Both the position numbers and the translations under genes were made by a program. DNA of 64,000 nt from positions 64,001 through 128,000 of the forward strand of contig CAWCIZ010000001.1 in NCBI GenBank assembly GCA_963795855.1, in the 5' to 3' direction. The notes beneath the pieces were generated by a model that was not told the DNA's origin, made no database searches, and saw only the letters and a list, made by a program, of their open reading frames with translations. This document shows positions 1-11,768 of this stretch, one piece after another (position 1 is the stretch's first letter; the number at the start of each line of letters is the position of its first letter). The DNA is from Vulcanimicrobiota bacterium (GTDB lineage Bacteria > Vulcanimicrobiota > Vulcanimicrobiia > Vulcanimicrobiales > Vulcanimicrobiaceae).

Positions 1-144
1 GTATTTGGGGCGGGACGCGCAGATGCGACCGACCATCGCCACGAGCGCGCAAGCGGCGGCGCCGACGGCCATCGCGGCGCTTCCACCGCCCGGCGCGGGA
101 CGAGAGGATGCGAGATTTGTCAGATATGCTTCGATCGATTCCAC
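1..144 (-). CDS. Formiminotetrahydrofolate cyclodeaminase/cyclohydrolase family, 5' part (runs off window)
   Basis: Manual translation from GTG at 144: MESIEAYLTNLASSRPAPGGGSAAMAVGAAACALVAMVGRIC, with the PAPGGGSA motif. Confidence 0.8.
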   Translation of the reverse strand, partial: MESIEAYLTNLASSRPAPGGGSAAMAVGAAACALVAMVGRICASRPKY

Positions 145-206
145 GCAGCGGTGCTTTAGGTGGCGGGGTTGGCAAGTCTTGTAGCAGAATAGGCCGAGGT
201 TCCTAA

Positions 207-1608
<1,402 letters not shown>

Positions 1609-1612
1609 TAAC

Positions 1613-2836
1613 ATGGCATACCGGCGGCTCTTTACCAGCGAATCCGTGACCGAGGGACATCCCGACAAGGTCGCCGATCAAATCTCCGACGCGGTTTTGG
1701 ATGCGATTCTGAAGGACGATCCGAACGGGCGCGTCGCGTGCGAAACGTTCGCGATAACCGGTCAGATTCACATCGCGGGCGAAATCACCACGACGACGTA
1801 CATCGACATTCCGCGCATCGTGCGCCAAGTTATCACGGATATCGGATATACGAAGTCCGCCGTCGGATTCGATGCAGATACGTGCGGCGTGAGCGTTTCT
1901 ATCGACGAGCAGTCGCCGGACATCGCGATGGGCGTCGACAAATCGCTCGAGGCGAAGACCGGCGAGCATCCCGACGATCTGTGGGATCGCATCGGCGCGG
2001 GCGATCAAGGGATGATGTTCGGGTACGCATGCCGCGATACCGAAGAACTCATGCCGCTGCCGATCGTGCTCGCGCACAACCTTACGCGTCACCTCGCCGC
2101 GGTTCGTAAGAACGGCGACATTCCGTATCTGCGGCCCGACGGCAAATCGCAAGTGACGGTTGAGTACGAGGGAGACAAACCGGTTCGCGTCGACGCCGTC
2201 GTCATCTCGACGCAGCACGATCCGGACATTCCGCTGGAAACGATTCGTACGGAAATCACCGAGAAGGTCATCAACCACGTTATTCCGACCTCGCTGCGCG
2301 ACGCGGAAACGCGCGTGTACGTGAATCCGACCGGCCGGTTCGTGATCGGCGGACCGAAGGGCGACGCCGGTCTGACCGGACGCAAGATCATCGCGGATAC
2401 GTACGGCGGTATGGCACGGCACGGCGGTGGTGCGTTCTCCGGAAAAGATCCGACCAAGGTCGATCGGTCGGCCGCGTACGCCGCGCGTCACGTTGCGAAA
2501 AACGTCGTTGCGGCGGGGCTTGCGGATCGTTGCGAAGTTCAGGTTGCGTATGCAATCGGCGTCGCGCATCCGATGAGCGTGCTCGTCGAAACGTTCGGCA
2601 CCGGTAAGTTACCGGAATCCGAAATTGCGCACTTGGTGAAGACGACGTTCGATCTGCGTCCGGCGGCTATCATTCACAATTTGGATCTGCGCCGCCCGAT
2701 TTATCGGCAAACCGCAGCGTACGGGCACTTCGGACGGCCGGACCTGGACCTGCCGTGGGAGCGCCTGGACAAGGTCGAGGCGCTGCGCGAGGCGGCCAGC
2801 CAAAACCTGAAGGTTCCGGACTTCGCGAAACCGTAA
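1613..2836 (+). CDS. metK: S-adenosylmethionine synthetase
   Basis: [35 protein letters not shown]. Confidence 0.98.
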   Translation: MAYRRLFTSESVTEGHPDKVADQISDAVLDAILKDDPNGRVACETFAITGQIHIAGEITTTTYIDIPRIVRQVITDIGYTKSAVGFDADTCGVSVSIDEQSPDIAMGVDKSLEAKTGEHPDDLWDRIGAGDQGMMFGYACRDTEELMPLPIVLAHNLTRHLAAVRKNGDIPYLRPDGKSQVTVEYEGDKPVRVDAVVISTQHDPDIPLETIRTEITEKVINHVIPTSLRDAETRVYVNPTGRFVIGGPKGDAGLTGRKIIADTYGGMARHGGGAFSGKDPTKVDRSAAYAARHVAKNVVAAGLADRCEVQVAYAIGVAHPMSVLVETFGTGKLPESEIAHLVKTTFDLRPAAIIHNLDLRRPIYRQTAAYGHFGRPDLDLPWERLDKVEALREAASQNLKVPDFAKP

Positions 2837-2856
2837 GCGGCTAGCGCTCGAATGCG

Positions 2857-2895
2857 AACGGGCCCATGCGAACGCATGAGGCCCGTTTGTCGTTT
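2857..2895 (+). terminator. Hairpin after metK
   Basis: aacgggcc-catgcg/cgcatg-a-ggcccgtt followed by a short T-rich tail. Confidence 0.55.
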
Positions 2896-2940
2896 AGGGG
2901 GTAGAGAATTCACGAACCGCTTCAGAACCAAGGAGAATCC

Positions 2941-3533
2941 ATGACCCTACGAAGCAGAATTCCGGCGCTGGCGATCATGCTCGCTTTCCTCTTGCCGGCC
3001 GCCGCAATGGCTCAGACGGTAACGCTGCCGCAGGGCCAGGCCATCAACGTCCAAATGCAGGACACGATCGACTCGGGTACCGCTTACGCGGGCGAGCACT
3101 TCACCGCGCAAGTGGTGGCGCCGTATCCGAACGACGACGCGGCGTTCGCGAATGCCATCGTGCACGGAACCGTCATCAAGGTCGTTCCGGCCGGTCAAGG
3201 CCGTAAAGCGGAGCTGCACTTCTCGTGGGATTCGCTGACGATGCAAAACGGCTCGACTATCCGCTCAACGCCGAAATGACGACCGGCGGCCCCTCGCAGC
3301 AGAACAAAAACGGCGGACACGTCGCCCTCACCACGATCGGCGGTATGATCGCCGGCAACATTCTCGGCAAAACGATCTTCCACACGAACGCCGGCGGCGC
3401 GCTCGGCGCGGCAACCGGTTTCCTTGTCGGCTACAACAAGAAATCCAACATCGTAATGAAGGAAGGCACGAGCTTCCAGCTGACGCTCACGCGTCCGCTC
3501 ATGGTTCGCCGCCAGGCCGGCCGCCCGTACTAA
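2941..3533 (+). CDS. Secreted hypothetical protein with glycine-zipper C-terminus (frameshift ~3260)
   Basis: Signal peptide in 2941..3279 ORF; reading continues in the 3225..3533 frame (GGMIAGNILG...GALGAATG). Confidence 0.65.
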
Positions 3534-3577
3534 CCTTTCGCGATTCACTAGCGTGCAATGGAAGCAAGAGCGCCGCG

Positions 3578-4858
3578 TCAGCGGCGCTCTTCGCGTATTG
3601 CAGGCGACGCGATTGCGACGAACGCAATCGCGAGATAACCGGCGGCGGCGACGTCCATCGCAACGTGCGGGCTGAAACGATCGGCGAGCCACCCGAACGC
3701 GACGACGCCCGGCGCCATGCCGCACAGCACGAACAACCGCACCGCGCCGAAAACGCGGCCGACTTGGTCTTCCGGCGTCACGCGCAGCCGGAATCCGACG
3801 ATTTGCGCGATCTCGAACTGCGCGCACGCGTTCGCAAGCGCCCAAAAAACGCCGGCGACCCACATATTCAAGGTCAGAACGACCGGCAAGAAAATGACGG
3901 CGTCGATCAGGTACGCAACCGAAAGCGCGCGTCCGAAAATCCAACGGTTCGCGAATTTTCCGGCAATAAGTGAGCCGCACACGGCGCCTGCAGCGGAAAT
4001 GCCCAAGAACAGCCCTACTTGCGTATCCGTTGCGTGAAAATCGCGCTTCAAAAACGGAATCAGCACCGAATACCCGCCGAATCCGAAAACGTTGAGCACG
4101 AGACTCGCATATGCTTGCGCGCGCATGCCGCGGTCGGCGAGCAACACGCGAAAGCCAAGGCGCACGTCGTCGACGACATGACGCAGTGAGGGAACGCCGC
4201 TCGGTTCATCCGGTCCGAGCGTCGGAATGCGGCTGAGCGAAAGCTGCGAGGCAAAGTACGTCGCCGCATTGATCGCGAGTGCCGGAAGCGGCCCGAACAG
4301 ACTGAACAGCGCGCCGCCCGTGACGGGCGTTATCAAATTCGACGTATTCTCGGCAGCTGCGAGGGCAGCTACCGCTTCCGTTCCGCGCTCGCGTCCCAAG
4401 AGAAACGGAATACTCGATGCCTGACCGCCCAAGAACACGGCGGCGCAGATCGCCATCAAAACGAGCCCGCCGTACAACATGCCGATGGTGAGCGCGTGTC
4501 GGGCGTAAAGCAATGCGAAGAGCACCATCACCGTGCAACGGATCGCGTCCGCACCGATCATGAGCGTGCGGCGATCGACGCGGTCCGCCAGCGAACCACC
4601 GACCAGACCGAAGAGCGCGAAGGGCGCGATTTCGCAAACGTACGATACGCCGGTCGAGAGCGCCGAGCCGGTAAGGCGAAAGACGAGCAGCGGAACCGCG
4701 AGCGTGCGCAATCCGTCACCGATGAGACTCAAGGTTTGACCGGCGTAGTATTGCCGGAAGCTGCGCGAGGCGAAGATGCCTCGCTCCGCGAGAGAAGTTG
4801 ATGCCACTTTTGCACTCCGAGGCGCGTTGAACGAAGGATGGAGAGGCGGGACGGCCAA
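3578..4858 (-). CDS. MFS transporter (macrolide efflux/H+ antiporter-like)
   Basis: About 12 hydrophobic segments, motif A GSLADRVDRR. Confidence 0.9.
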   Translation of the reverse strand: MAVPPLHPSFNAPRSAKVASTSLAERGIFASRSFRQYYAGQTLSLIGDGLRTLAVPLLVFRLTGSALSTGVSYVCEIAPFALFGLVGGSLADRVDRRTLMIGADAIRCTVMVLFALLYARHALTIGMLYGGLVLMAICAAVFLGGQASSIPFLLGRERGTEAVAALAAAENTSNLITPVTGGALFSLFGPLPALAINAATYFASQLSLSRIPTLGPDEPSGVPSLRHVVDDVRLGFRVLLADRGMRAQAYASLVLNVFGFGGYSVLIPFLKRDFHATDTQVGLFLGISAAGAVCGSLIAGKFANRWIFGRALSVAYLIDAVIFLPVVLTLNMWVAGVFWALANACAQFEIAQIVGFRLRVTPEDQVGRVFGAVRLFVLCGMAPGVVAFGWLADRFSPHVAMDVAAAGYLAIAFVAIASPAIREERR

Positions 4859-4890
4859 TTATGGGCCGGTCCTGCCTGAGAGAGGCGCGT

Positions 4891-4966
4891 TCCGGATTAG
4901 CTCAGTTGGTAGAGCAGCTGACTGTTAATCAGCGGGTCGCTGGTTCGAGTCCAGCATCCGGAGCCA
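4891..4966 (+). tRNA. tRNA-Asn (GTT)
   Basis: tccggat acceptor stem, D arm tagctcagttggtagagc, anticodon loop ctGTTaa, T loop ggttcgagtcc, encoded CCA. Confidence 0.97.
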
Positions 4967-4974
4967 TGAACGAA

Positions 4975-5011
4975 AGAGCCCTCGCACACGCGAGGGCTCT
5001 CTTACTACTTT
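4975..5011 (+). terminator. Intrinsic terminator after tRNA
   Basis: agagccctcgc-acac-gcgagggctct plus T-rich tail. Confidence 0.75.
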
Positions 5012-5258
5012 CACGCGCGTCACACTCCAGCATTCATCGGCCGCGCAATGCCGAAACCCTCGAAAAACTGCTGTAAATCGCTAGCGCATAGTGCGGACGA
5101 TTGTATCTACGAAACAGTTGGTCGTCCACACGGGCGGAGACGGGCGGCTCGCTCGCTTTCGCTAATCGAAAAGCCATCAAACTTGAGGAACTGGCACGCA
5201 AGTGGGCAGCCTCCTGCGGGCATCAAAAGGAAAGCCTAAAAGACGCTTCGTTCATGTC

Positions 5259-5705
5259 CTACACCGAGGGCCGTACCGGAGGCGCGTATACACGTGACCA
5301 AGCGATCCAGCCCACCACGAGTATCGCGCTCAGTTGAAGGACCGCCGAAATCAGCAGCAGCATTGCCGTCGCCTGGGTTGGCCTTGCCTGATGCAATGGC
5401 TCAACAATTAGCCGCATTGGCAAACCGACATTAAGCAGGGTGAACGCGAGCCGTGCGAGCGTTTCCGGGTAGCGTCCCTGCGTCTTAGGAAACGCTTTTC
5501 GGTTCAGCGGCAGGAGCCAAAGCGCGACGCCGATTACCGTGTTGACTAGCCACCCGACAAAGCCCATGTGTCCGTGTTCGATACCGATTATGAAGGGCAC
5601 GGGGCGCCTCAGAGCTTCCAGGCCAAGCAGGACTGCGCCGAGCAAGAACGTGAGCACGAGGTACACGATGCCGGCCTTTACAAACAGCCGCGGAACAAAC
5701 GGCAC
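5259..5705 (-). CDS. Four-TM membrane protein with HGH motif
   Basis: Hydrophobic helices, EHGHMGFVGW. Confidence 0.7.
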   Translation of the reverse strand: MPFVPRLFVKAGIVYLVLTFLLGAVLLGLEALRRPVPFIIGIEHGHMGFVGWLVNTVIGVALWLLPLNRKAFPKTQGRYPETLARLAFTLLNVGLPMRLIVEPLHQARPTQATAMLLLISAVLQLSAILVVGWIAWSRVYAPPVRPSV

Positions 5706-5830
5706 GCGTTAGTAATCCTGCATTGTATGAGCCGAAGTAATGATTTGTTCTTCAGCAGAAAGCGATCGGAAGACCGGCATATTCGACGCTCATTCTTTCC
5801 GCCGATGCCACTCTCCGGCGCGGCGCCAAC

Positions 5831-6308
5831 TTACGCAGAGATCCACCGAACGATTGCGGCTACACGGTACGCGAGCTCTCGCACGAAGCGCTCTAGGCTT
5901 GAGTGCGCGGCGCCGCGCAGCACCGTTACGTCGATCGCGCGACCGACTGCTCCAAATGGCACGGTGTACTTTCCGACCAGATTTCAGCTGTGAGCCGGAG
6001 TCGCCCGCCGTCATCAACGTGAGGAGCCCGTGGAATTCCGGATACATCGCTTCATTTTGAGCGGCTCGGATGTGCACCTGCCACTGGTTGCGCGCCTCTC
6101 CCGGAACTACTTGCGCATGAACTGCAACGCAGATAGTCGCCTCAAACGGCAAGTGCAACTGCCGCACATTTAGCGCGAGCGACGCGCGTCCTGGCGCTTG
6201 CGCAAATTCCTTTAAAATCGTTTCGAGTGCCGGCAACGCGAAGTGCGCCGGCACGCATAGGGCGGCAGAAGTGCTGACTTCGAGGCCCGATTCCTTCGTC
6301 TTTTCCAC
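5831..6308 (-). CDS. Hypothetical protein, paralogue of 8452-8922 and 24713-25192 (frameshift ~5985)
   Basis: YPEFHGLLTL, then shifted frame LVGKYTVPFGAVGRAID...LERFVRELA*; start approximate. Confidence 0.6.
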
Positions 6309-6390
6309 CGCATACCACCATACCAACACCTTGGGAAACCAGTGGGACCGGGCGGGGAACGCGCTGCGCGAGTGCGGAACGCTCAACGCC

Positions 6391-7510
6391 ATGGAGGACA
6401 CGCTTAATCACTCCTCGGCGCGCCTTTCGCTCTTGGACGCAGCGCCGGACGCGATGGTCGTAACGGATCATGGCGGGCGAATAGTGCTGGTCAATGCGCA
6501 AGCAGAGAAGCTGTTTGGATATGGGCGCGAAGATCTGCTTGGCCAAGCCATCGAAATTCTCGTGCCCCAGCGCTTTCGTGGACAGCACACCTCGCACCGT
6601 GATGGCTATTATCATGCTCCGCGCGTGCGGCCGATGGGCGCGGGCCTAAGATCTTTACGGACTTCGCAAAGACGGCGGTGAGTTTCCGGTCGAGATCAGC
6701 CTCAGCCCGATCAAGATACGCGGTGAGACGTACGTTTCTAGCGCCATTCGCGATATCACCACGCGAAAGCAAATCGAGAAGGCCCTGCACGAGAAAAACG
6801 TCGAGCTGCAAAATGCGAACCTTGCTAAAGATCGCTTTCTTGCCGGTATGAGCCACGAATTGCGCACGCCGTTAAATGCAATCATCGGCTTTACGGGAAC
6901 GCTCTTGATGAAGCTGCCGGGGCCTCTTACGGATGAGCAAGAGCGGCAGTTGCAGATCGTCGACTCCAGCGCGCGGCATTTGCTGTCCTTGATCAACGAC
7001 ATTTTGGACGTTGCGAAGATCGAATCGGGAAAGACCAGCATCACCCCGGAGCGCGTCGCCGTACAAGAGGTCGTCGGCGAGGTTGCCGACTCACTGCGCG
7101 CGATGGCCGAGGAGAAGCGTTTGCGGTTCGACGTCGATCTGCCGGCCGAGCCGATCATTGCCGTAACGGACCGCCGGGCGCTGCACCAGATACTGCTGAA
7201 CCTTACGAACAACGCAATAAAATACACTGAACGTGGCTCGGTAACGATCCAGGCCTATCCACCGCGTGCTGGGCGGATCACCATCGCGGTGCAAGACACC
7301 GGGGTTGGCATTCTCTCTGAAGATCGCGCTCGGCTCTTTCAGGCGTTTGAACAGCTCGATGCGTCGAGTACGCGGCGTTTCCAAGGCGTTGGCCTGGGCC
7401 TGCACTTGAGTCAGCGGCTCGCGACGCTTATCGCCGCGACTCTGGATTGTGAGAGCACCTATGGCGAGGGAAGCGTCTTCACGTTGACGCTTCCGGCGAG
7501 CATCGGATGA
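6391..7510 (+). CDS. PAS-domain sensor histidine kinase (frameshift ~6650)
   Basis: PAS (LLDAAPDAMVV...VNAQAEKLFGY), HisKA SHELRTPLN, HATPase NAIKYT/DTGVG/GVGLGL. Confidence 0.9.
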
Positions 7511-7875
7511 GCACGCGCATCCTGGTGATTGAAGACAACACAGCCAATCGAGATCTCATCAGCTATTTGCTACGCGCGTTCGGGTACGACGTTCAGTGCG
7601 AAACGAACGGGACCGCTGGGTTGCAGAGCGCGCTTACGGGCTCCTTCGATCTGGTGCTCAGTGATATACTCATGCCGGACATGGATGGTTACGAGTTCGC
7701 GCGCCGGTTTAAAGGGGATACGCGCGTGGCACACTCGCCGCTCGTAGCCGTGACTGCGCTCGCGATGGCGGGCGATAAAGAAAAGATACTCGCGGCGGGT
7801 TTTGACGGGTACATCTCCAAGCCCATCGAACCGCAAAAGTTTGCGGCGCAGATCGCTGCGTTCTTGGGCGGCTGA
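7507..7875 (+). CDS. Single-domain response regulator (DivK-like)
   Basis: ILVIEDN, DILMPDMDG, VTALAM, YISKP. Confidence 0.92.
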   Translation: MSTRILVIEDNTANRDLISYLLRAFGYDVQCETNGTAGLQSALTGSFDLVLSDILMPDMDGYEFARRFKGDTRVAHSPLVAVTALAMAGDKEKILAAGFDGYISKPIEPQKFAAQIAAFLGG

Positions 7876-7879
7876 TAAG

Positions 7880-8248
7880 GTGGCTGATGTTCTGATCGTC
7901 GACGACGATCAAAACAACCGGCTGCTGCTCGCCACACTGCTGCGGCATGCCGGACATAAGGCAGTGGAGGCGGCAGATGCTCGCGCTGCAACCGCGACTT
8001 TGGATGATAAGATCCCAGCGCTCGTCATCGTCGACCTTTCGCTTCCCGGCATTTCCGGCGTGCAGTTGGTGCGGCAGATACGAACCAATCCGCGCACTGC
8101 AAACGTAAAAATCGCGCTGTACACGGCCACGCAGGCCGGGCCGGCGCTGGAAGAATTATGCGACGCCTACGGAATCAGCGCAGTCATTCCGAAGCCAGGG
8201 GACCCGCGCGAGATTTTGGGGGTGCTGCAGCGATTGTTGACACCGTAA
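7880..8248 (+). CDS. Single-domain response regulator
   Basis: VLIVDDD, DLSLPGISG, KP; GTG start at 7880. Confidence 0.85.
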   Translation: MADVLIVDDDQNNRLLLATLLRHAGHKAVEAADARAATATLDDKIPALVIVDLSLPGISGVQLVRQIRTNPRTANVKIALYTATQAGPALEELCDAYGISAVIPKPGDPREILGVLQRLLTP

Positions 8249-8480
8249 TGAGATTGACGATTTTACGCACGCTGGCGAATTGACGCACGCGTGATTCGAT
8301 ATCGTCGCGGCGCTCGGCAGTGGCCGCGTCCCCTTCCAGCGTCACAACTCCGTGCGTTACTCCCACGACTATAGGACAGGCCGGAGCGTAGAGGCGAAGC
8401 TCGGCCGCTATCGCGGCGGCGAGGTCGATGTCGTCGAGCGGGTGTCGGTGCTTACCGCCATAAAATGGTTGAGCTGTCAT
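8184..8480 (-). CDS. BON domain protein
   Basis: DIDLAAAI...GVVTLEG...VRKIVNLI. Confidence 0.7.
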   Translation of the reverse strand: MTAQPFYGGKHRHPLDDIDLAAAIAAELRLYAPACPIVVGVTHGVVTLEGDAATAERRDDIESRVRQFASVRKIVNLITVSTIAAAPPKSRAGPLASE

Positions 8481-8922
8481 GCGGGTTGATGCTCTCGCTT
8501 CTCACTGCGTATTCCGCCTCGATGTCGTGGGCGAAATCATCCAGTAGTCGACGCATTGTACGGTGCGCGATGCGCCGGCCGGCAACAATATCGAAGAACT
8601 TCCCAATCACAGCGTACGGGGGATCGTAAGCGCCCTCCAGTTGGAGCGTGACTCCCGAATGATGAGGACGTACCGTCAGCACGCCCCGAAAGTCGGGAAA
8701 TAATCCGGTGGTTTGCGGACGCCAGGCGATTAGAAGGGCATCGTGTTTGCGCGCTTCGTCGCTGGAATCGTGCGTGCTCGCAACGGCAAAGCGAGCCCGC
8801 TCGCCGAGCGGTGGCGCAGGCGTAAGGTAAAGGCCGGCGCGTCGATTGACGGATTTTTCCGCCAGTTCCATCGCGGCTGAAAACGGACATGCGACAAAGC
8901 GCTTTTCCCGAACCTGTGTCAT
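8452..8922 (-). CDS. Hypothetical protein (SRPBCC-like paralogue family)
   Basis: FPDFRGVLTVRP...LEGAYDPP...FDIVAGRRIA. Confidence 0.7.
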   Translation of the reverse strand: MTQVREKRFVACPFSAAMELAEKSVNRRAGLYLTPAPPLGERARFAVASTHDSSDEARKHDALLIAWRPQTTGLFPDFRGVLTVRPHHSGVTLQLEGAYDPPYAVIGKFFDIVAGRRIAHRTMRRLLDDFAHDIEAEYAVRSESINPHDSSTILWR

Positions 8923-9163
8923 AGCGTCCTTACCGTAGCGCATCCAAGAGAACCACCAGGGAACTTCTGTGCGCCTGCAGTTCCCGCAGAATTCTCGGGT
9001 GCGTTCCATCCGTCAGCGTGTGATGTACAAGAAGAAGGCGGCAAAGTCAGCGTCTTGGGCGATCGACGCGACCGCCATGCTTTTGGTTGCGCGCAATCCC
9101 GCATTGCTTTCGATCGCGCAGGGCGTCAATATCGGTTTGGAACGCGTGCTCCATAGCCTCGTC

Positions 9164-9595
9164 TCATAAACGACGTTCGAATCGTCCGCTCTTTTCTTCG
9201 AGAACGATGCGGTACATCACGGTCGGCGCCTTGTCATCTCGCGGATGAACCGTTTCGCCCGGCGGTCCGCTAAGGCAATCGGTGATCTGATCGATGAGCC
9301 AAGCGAAGCGCGAGTGCGCTTCGTCGCCGGCTATTTCTTCAAACAAGCCAGTCGCAATGACACTCTCCCAGTTGCCCACTTGGTCCATGCAATCCACTTC
9401 GAACGATACGTGCGGGTTCGCGCGCATCATATGGAGTTTCATGCCTTCGTTCGACCGAGCATACACCGCGCAGCCATCGTAGGCGTACGTAATCGGGACG
9501 ACGTAAGTCTTGCCAAACGCGTGGCACCCGATGCGTCCGATGATATTTCCGCGCAGAATGCGCTCGATCTCGCGCGTGTTAAGCTCGCCCAGCAT
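9164..9595 (-). CDS. Pyridoxamine 5'-phosphate oxidase-like flavin-binding protein
   Basis: GRIGC..YVVPITY..GMKLHMMRANPHVSFEVD..WESVIA. Confidence 0.88.
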   Translation of the reverse strand: MLGELNTREIERILRGNIIGRIGCHAFGKTYVVPITYAYDGCAVYARSNEGMKLHMMRANPHVSFEVDCMDQVGNWESVIATGLFEEIAGDEAHSRFAWLIDQITDCLSGPPGETVHPRDDKAPTVMYRIVLEEKSGRFERRL

Positions 9596-9606
9596 GGTGT
9601 CTGTCC

Positions 9607-10095
9607 CTAAGCGGTTGCAACGACCTGCGCCGTTTTTGAAGGCTGACGACGTGTAGCGTGCGCGGCCCAACGGACGACCATCACCGGCACGTTGGCGTGG
9701 CGCAAAACAGCTTCCGCGACGCTGCCAAGCAGCGCACGTTTGAAGCCGGTGCGCCCATGACTGCCCATAACGATTAAATCGCAAGCATTTGCCTCGCAAT
9801 AGTCAATGATTGCCTCAACCGTTTGACCGTTCAGCGCAGTCGTTTTGGCTTGCGCGGTCGCGACGACGCCGGCAGCGGCGTCCGCCAGCACTGCCTTGGC
9901 TTCCTCTTCGAGAGCATTGTAGCAGGCTGCGCTCATCCCGGGGTCACCGAACGCCATGGCCGCCGCCTGGCTCGGATCAACGACGTTGCAGATGGTCAGC
10001 GCGGCGTGCTGCTCGCTCGCGAGCTGGGCGGCAACGTTGAGCGCCTCCAACGATCCCTGTGAGCCGTCAATGGGGCAAAGAATATGTTTGAACAC
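9607..10095 (-). CDS. Universal stress protein
   Basis: FKHILCPIDGS, DLIVMGSHGR, LLGSVAEAVLR. Confidence 0.95.
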   Translation of the reverse strand: MFKHILCPIDGSQGSLEALNVAAQLASEQHAALTICNVVDPSQAAAMAFGDPGMSAACYNALEEEAKAVLADAAAGVVATAQAKTTALNGQTVEAIIDYCEANACDLIVMGSHGRTGFKRALLGSVAEAVLRHANVPVMVVRWAAHATRRQPSKTAQVVATA

Positions 10096-10210
10096 GGTTA
10101 CTCCTCCGATTTCATGAGCGTAGCAGCGACGCGAGAAACCAAAGAGAATCCAGCGAGGCGCCGGTTCCCGTGGGGTTCCTAAGGCGTTCCATCAACCGCC
10201 GCATCGTAGA

Positions 10211-11026
10211 TTGGTGAAGATTCGGCGCTACCCGTATCGGCCGCGCGTCCTGTACGAGACGACGCTCGCTCACCACCTGGCGTCCCTTGCGGCGGCAATC
10301 GTGGTGGCGTTCGTGCTCACTATTGTTCTCTTGCATTTCGCGAATTCGAAAAACACCTTCGATATCAATAGGGTCTCGTTCGCTGACGTCGTCGCGGCCA
10401 CAATGAACACGTTTTTACGCATGCTGCTTGCCTACGTCGCATCGCTGGTGGTTGCCGTACCTCTCGGCCTGCTCATTGCCAGCACGCGCCAAGTTCAGCG
10501 CATTCTCCTGCCGATCGCCGATATTCTTCAGTCGATTCCTGTGCTGGCGTTCTTTCCGGTGATCGTCGTCTTTTTTACGACGTATCGAGCGTTTGAGGCG
10601 GCGGCGATCTTCGTGATCTTCGTAACAATGGTCTGGAACATCGTCTTTCCGATCGTTCAGGGCCTGCATACAATTCCTGACGACATCAATTCGGCAGCGT
10701 TTGTCTTCAATGTTCATGGATTCCGAAAGCTGCGCTACATAACGCTGCCGGCGATCGTGCCGTTCATCGTCGTCGGATCGCTCATGGCATGGGCGCAGGG
10801 ATGGACCGTAGTCATCGTGGCCGAGGTGCTTCACACCTACATCCCCGCCGGCAACATCGCGCAGGATTTGCTGGGCCTCGGAAGCCTGCTCGTTGACTCG
10901 AACGCTCAAGGCCACGCGGCCGTCTTCGCAGCAGCTCTGGCGGCCATGATCGTACTCGTTGCGTTGATGAATTTTCTCGTGTGGCAGCCGCTGCTCGCGT
11001 TTTCGCAAAGATATCGGTTCGATTAG
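10211..11026 (+). CDS. ABC transporter permease (NitT/TauT type)
   Basis: DILQSIPVLAF, EAA-like loop, multiple TMs. Confidence 0.88.
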   Translation: MVKIRRYPYRPRVLYETTLAHHLASLAAAIVVAFVLTIVLLHFANSKNTFDINRVSFADVVAATMNTFLRMLLAYVASLVVAVPLGLLIASTRQVQRILLPIADILQSIPVLAFFPVIVVFFTTYRAFEAAAIFVIFVTMVWNIVFPIVQGLHTIPDDINSAAFVFNVHGFRKLRYITLPAIVPFIVVGSLMAWAQGWTVVIVAEVLHTYIPAGNIAQDLLGLGSLLVDSNAQGHAAVFAAALAAMIVLVALMNFLVWQPLLAFSQRYRFD

Positions 11027-11766
11027 TCGCAGTTATTGCACTTTCGAACGTCAGCAAATCATACGAATCGCCACCGCTCTTGGTTGTACGCGAGTTTTCA
11101 CTAACGATTGATGACGGGGAGTTTCTCTGTTTGGTAGGCCCGTCTGGGTGCGGCAAGTCCACCGTTCTCAAGATGATTGCGGGCATAGAACAGCCGACGA
11201 GCGGTACGGTCACTAAACCGGCGCACGTGGGTATGGTGTTTCAATCGTATGCACTTTTTCCGTGGATGACCGCTGAGGAGAACATCGAGTTTGCCGCACG
11301 CATGCAGAACATTCCAGAACGCGAAGCTAGGCAGCGAACGTCGCGGTATCTGGCCATGGTACACCTGGAAGCGTTCGCGAAGAAATACCCGAGGGAACTC
11401 TCCGGCGGTCAGCGGCAGCGCGTGGGCATCGCGCGAGCACTCGCGGTGGATTCAAAGGTGCTGTTGATGGACGAGCCGTTTGCTGCGCTCGATCCGGTTA
11501 TCACGGATGAGTTGCATGCGGATCTGCTGCTGATCTGGCAAAGTACGCACAAGACGATCGTGATGGTCTCGCACCACTTCGACGAAGCGGTAGCGTTGGC
11601 CGATCGTATCGCCGTAATGCGCGACGGGAGATTGGAGCGCATTGTGTCGGTTGCCCTTCCGAGGCCGCGCAATGAAGAGGATGTGGCGTTCTTGCAGCAC
11701 GTCAAAGAAATTCGCCGGTGTCTGGGCTCCTTTCCGAGTCTAGCGCCGGATGCCGTGAGGAGCTGA
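10981..11766 (+). CDS. ABC transporter ATP-binding protein (NitT/TauT type); start uncertain
   Basis: [23 protein letters not shown]. Confidence 0.92.
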   Translation: MAAAARVFAKISVRLVAVIALSNVSKSYESPPLLVVREFSLTIDDGEFLCLVGPSGCGKSTVLKMIAGIEQPTSGTVTKPAHVGMVFQSYALFPWMTAEENIEFAARMQNIPEREARQRTSRYLAMVHLEAFAKKYPRELSGGQRQRVGIARALAVDSKVLLMDEPFAALDPVITDELHADLLLIWQSTHKTIVMVSHHFDEAVALADRIAVMRDGRLERIVSVALPRPRNEEDVAFLQHVKEIRRCLGSFPSLAPDAVRS

Positions 11767-11768
11767 CA

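Noticed and set aside
8925..9160. Small gene between the PNPOx-like and SRPBCC-like genes
   Set aside because: RBS and ATG are present, but the frames are short or broken and show no recognisable motif
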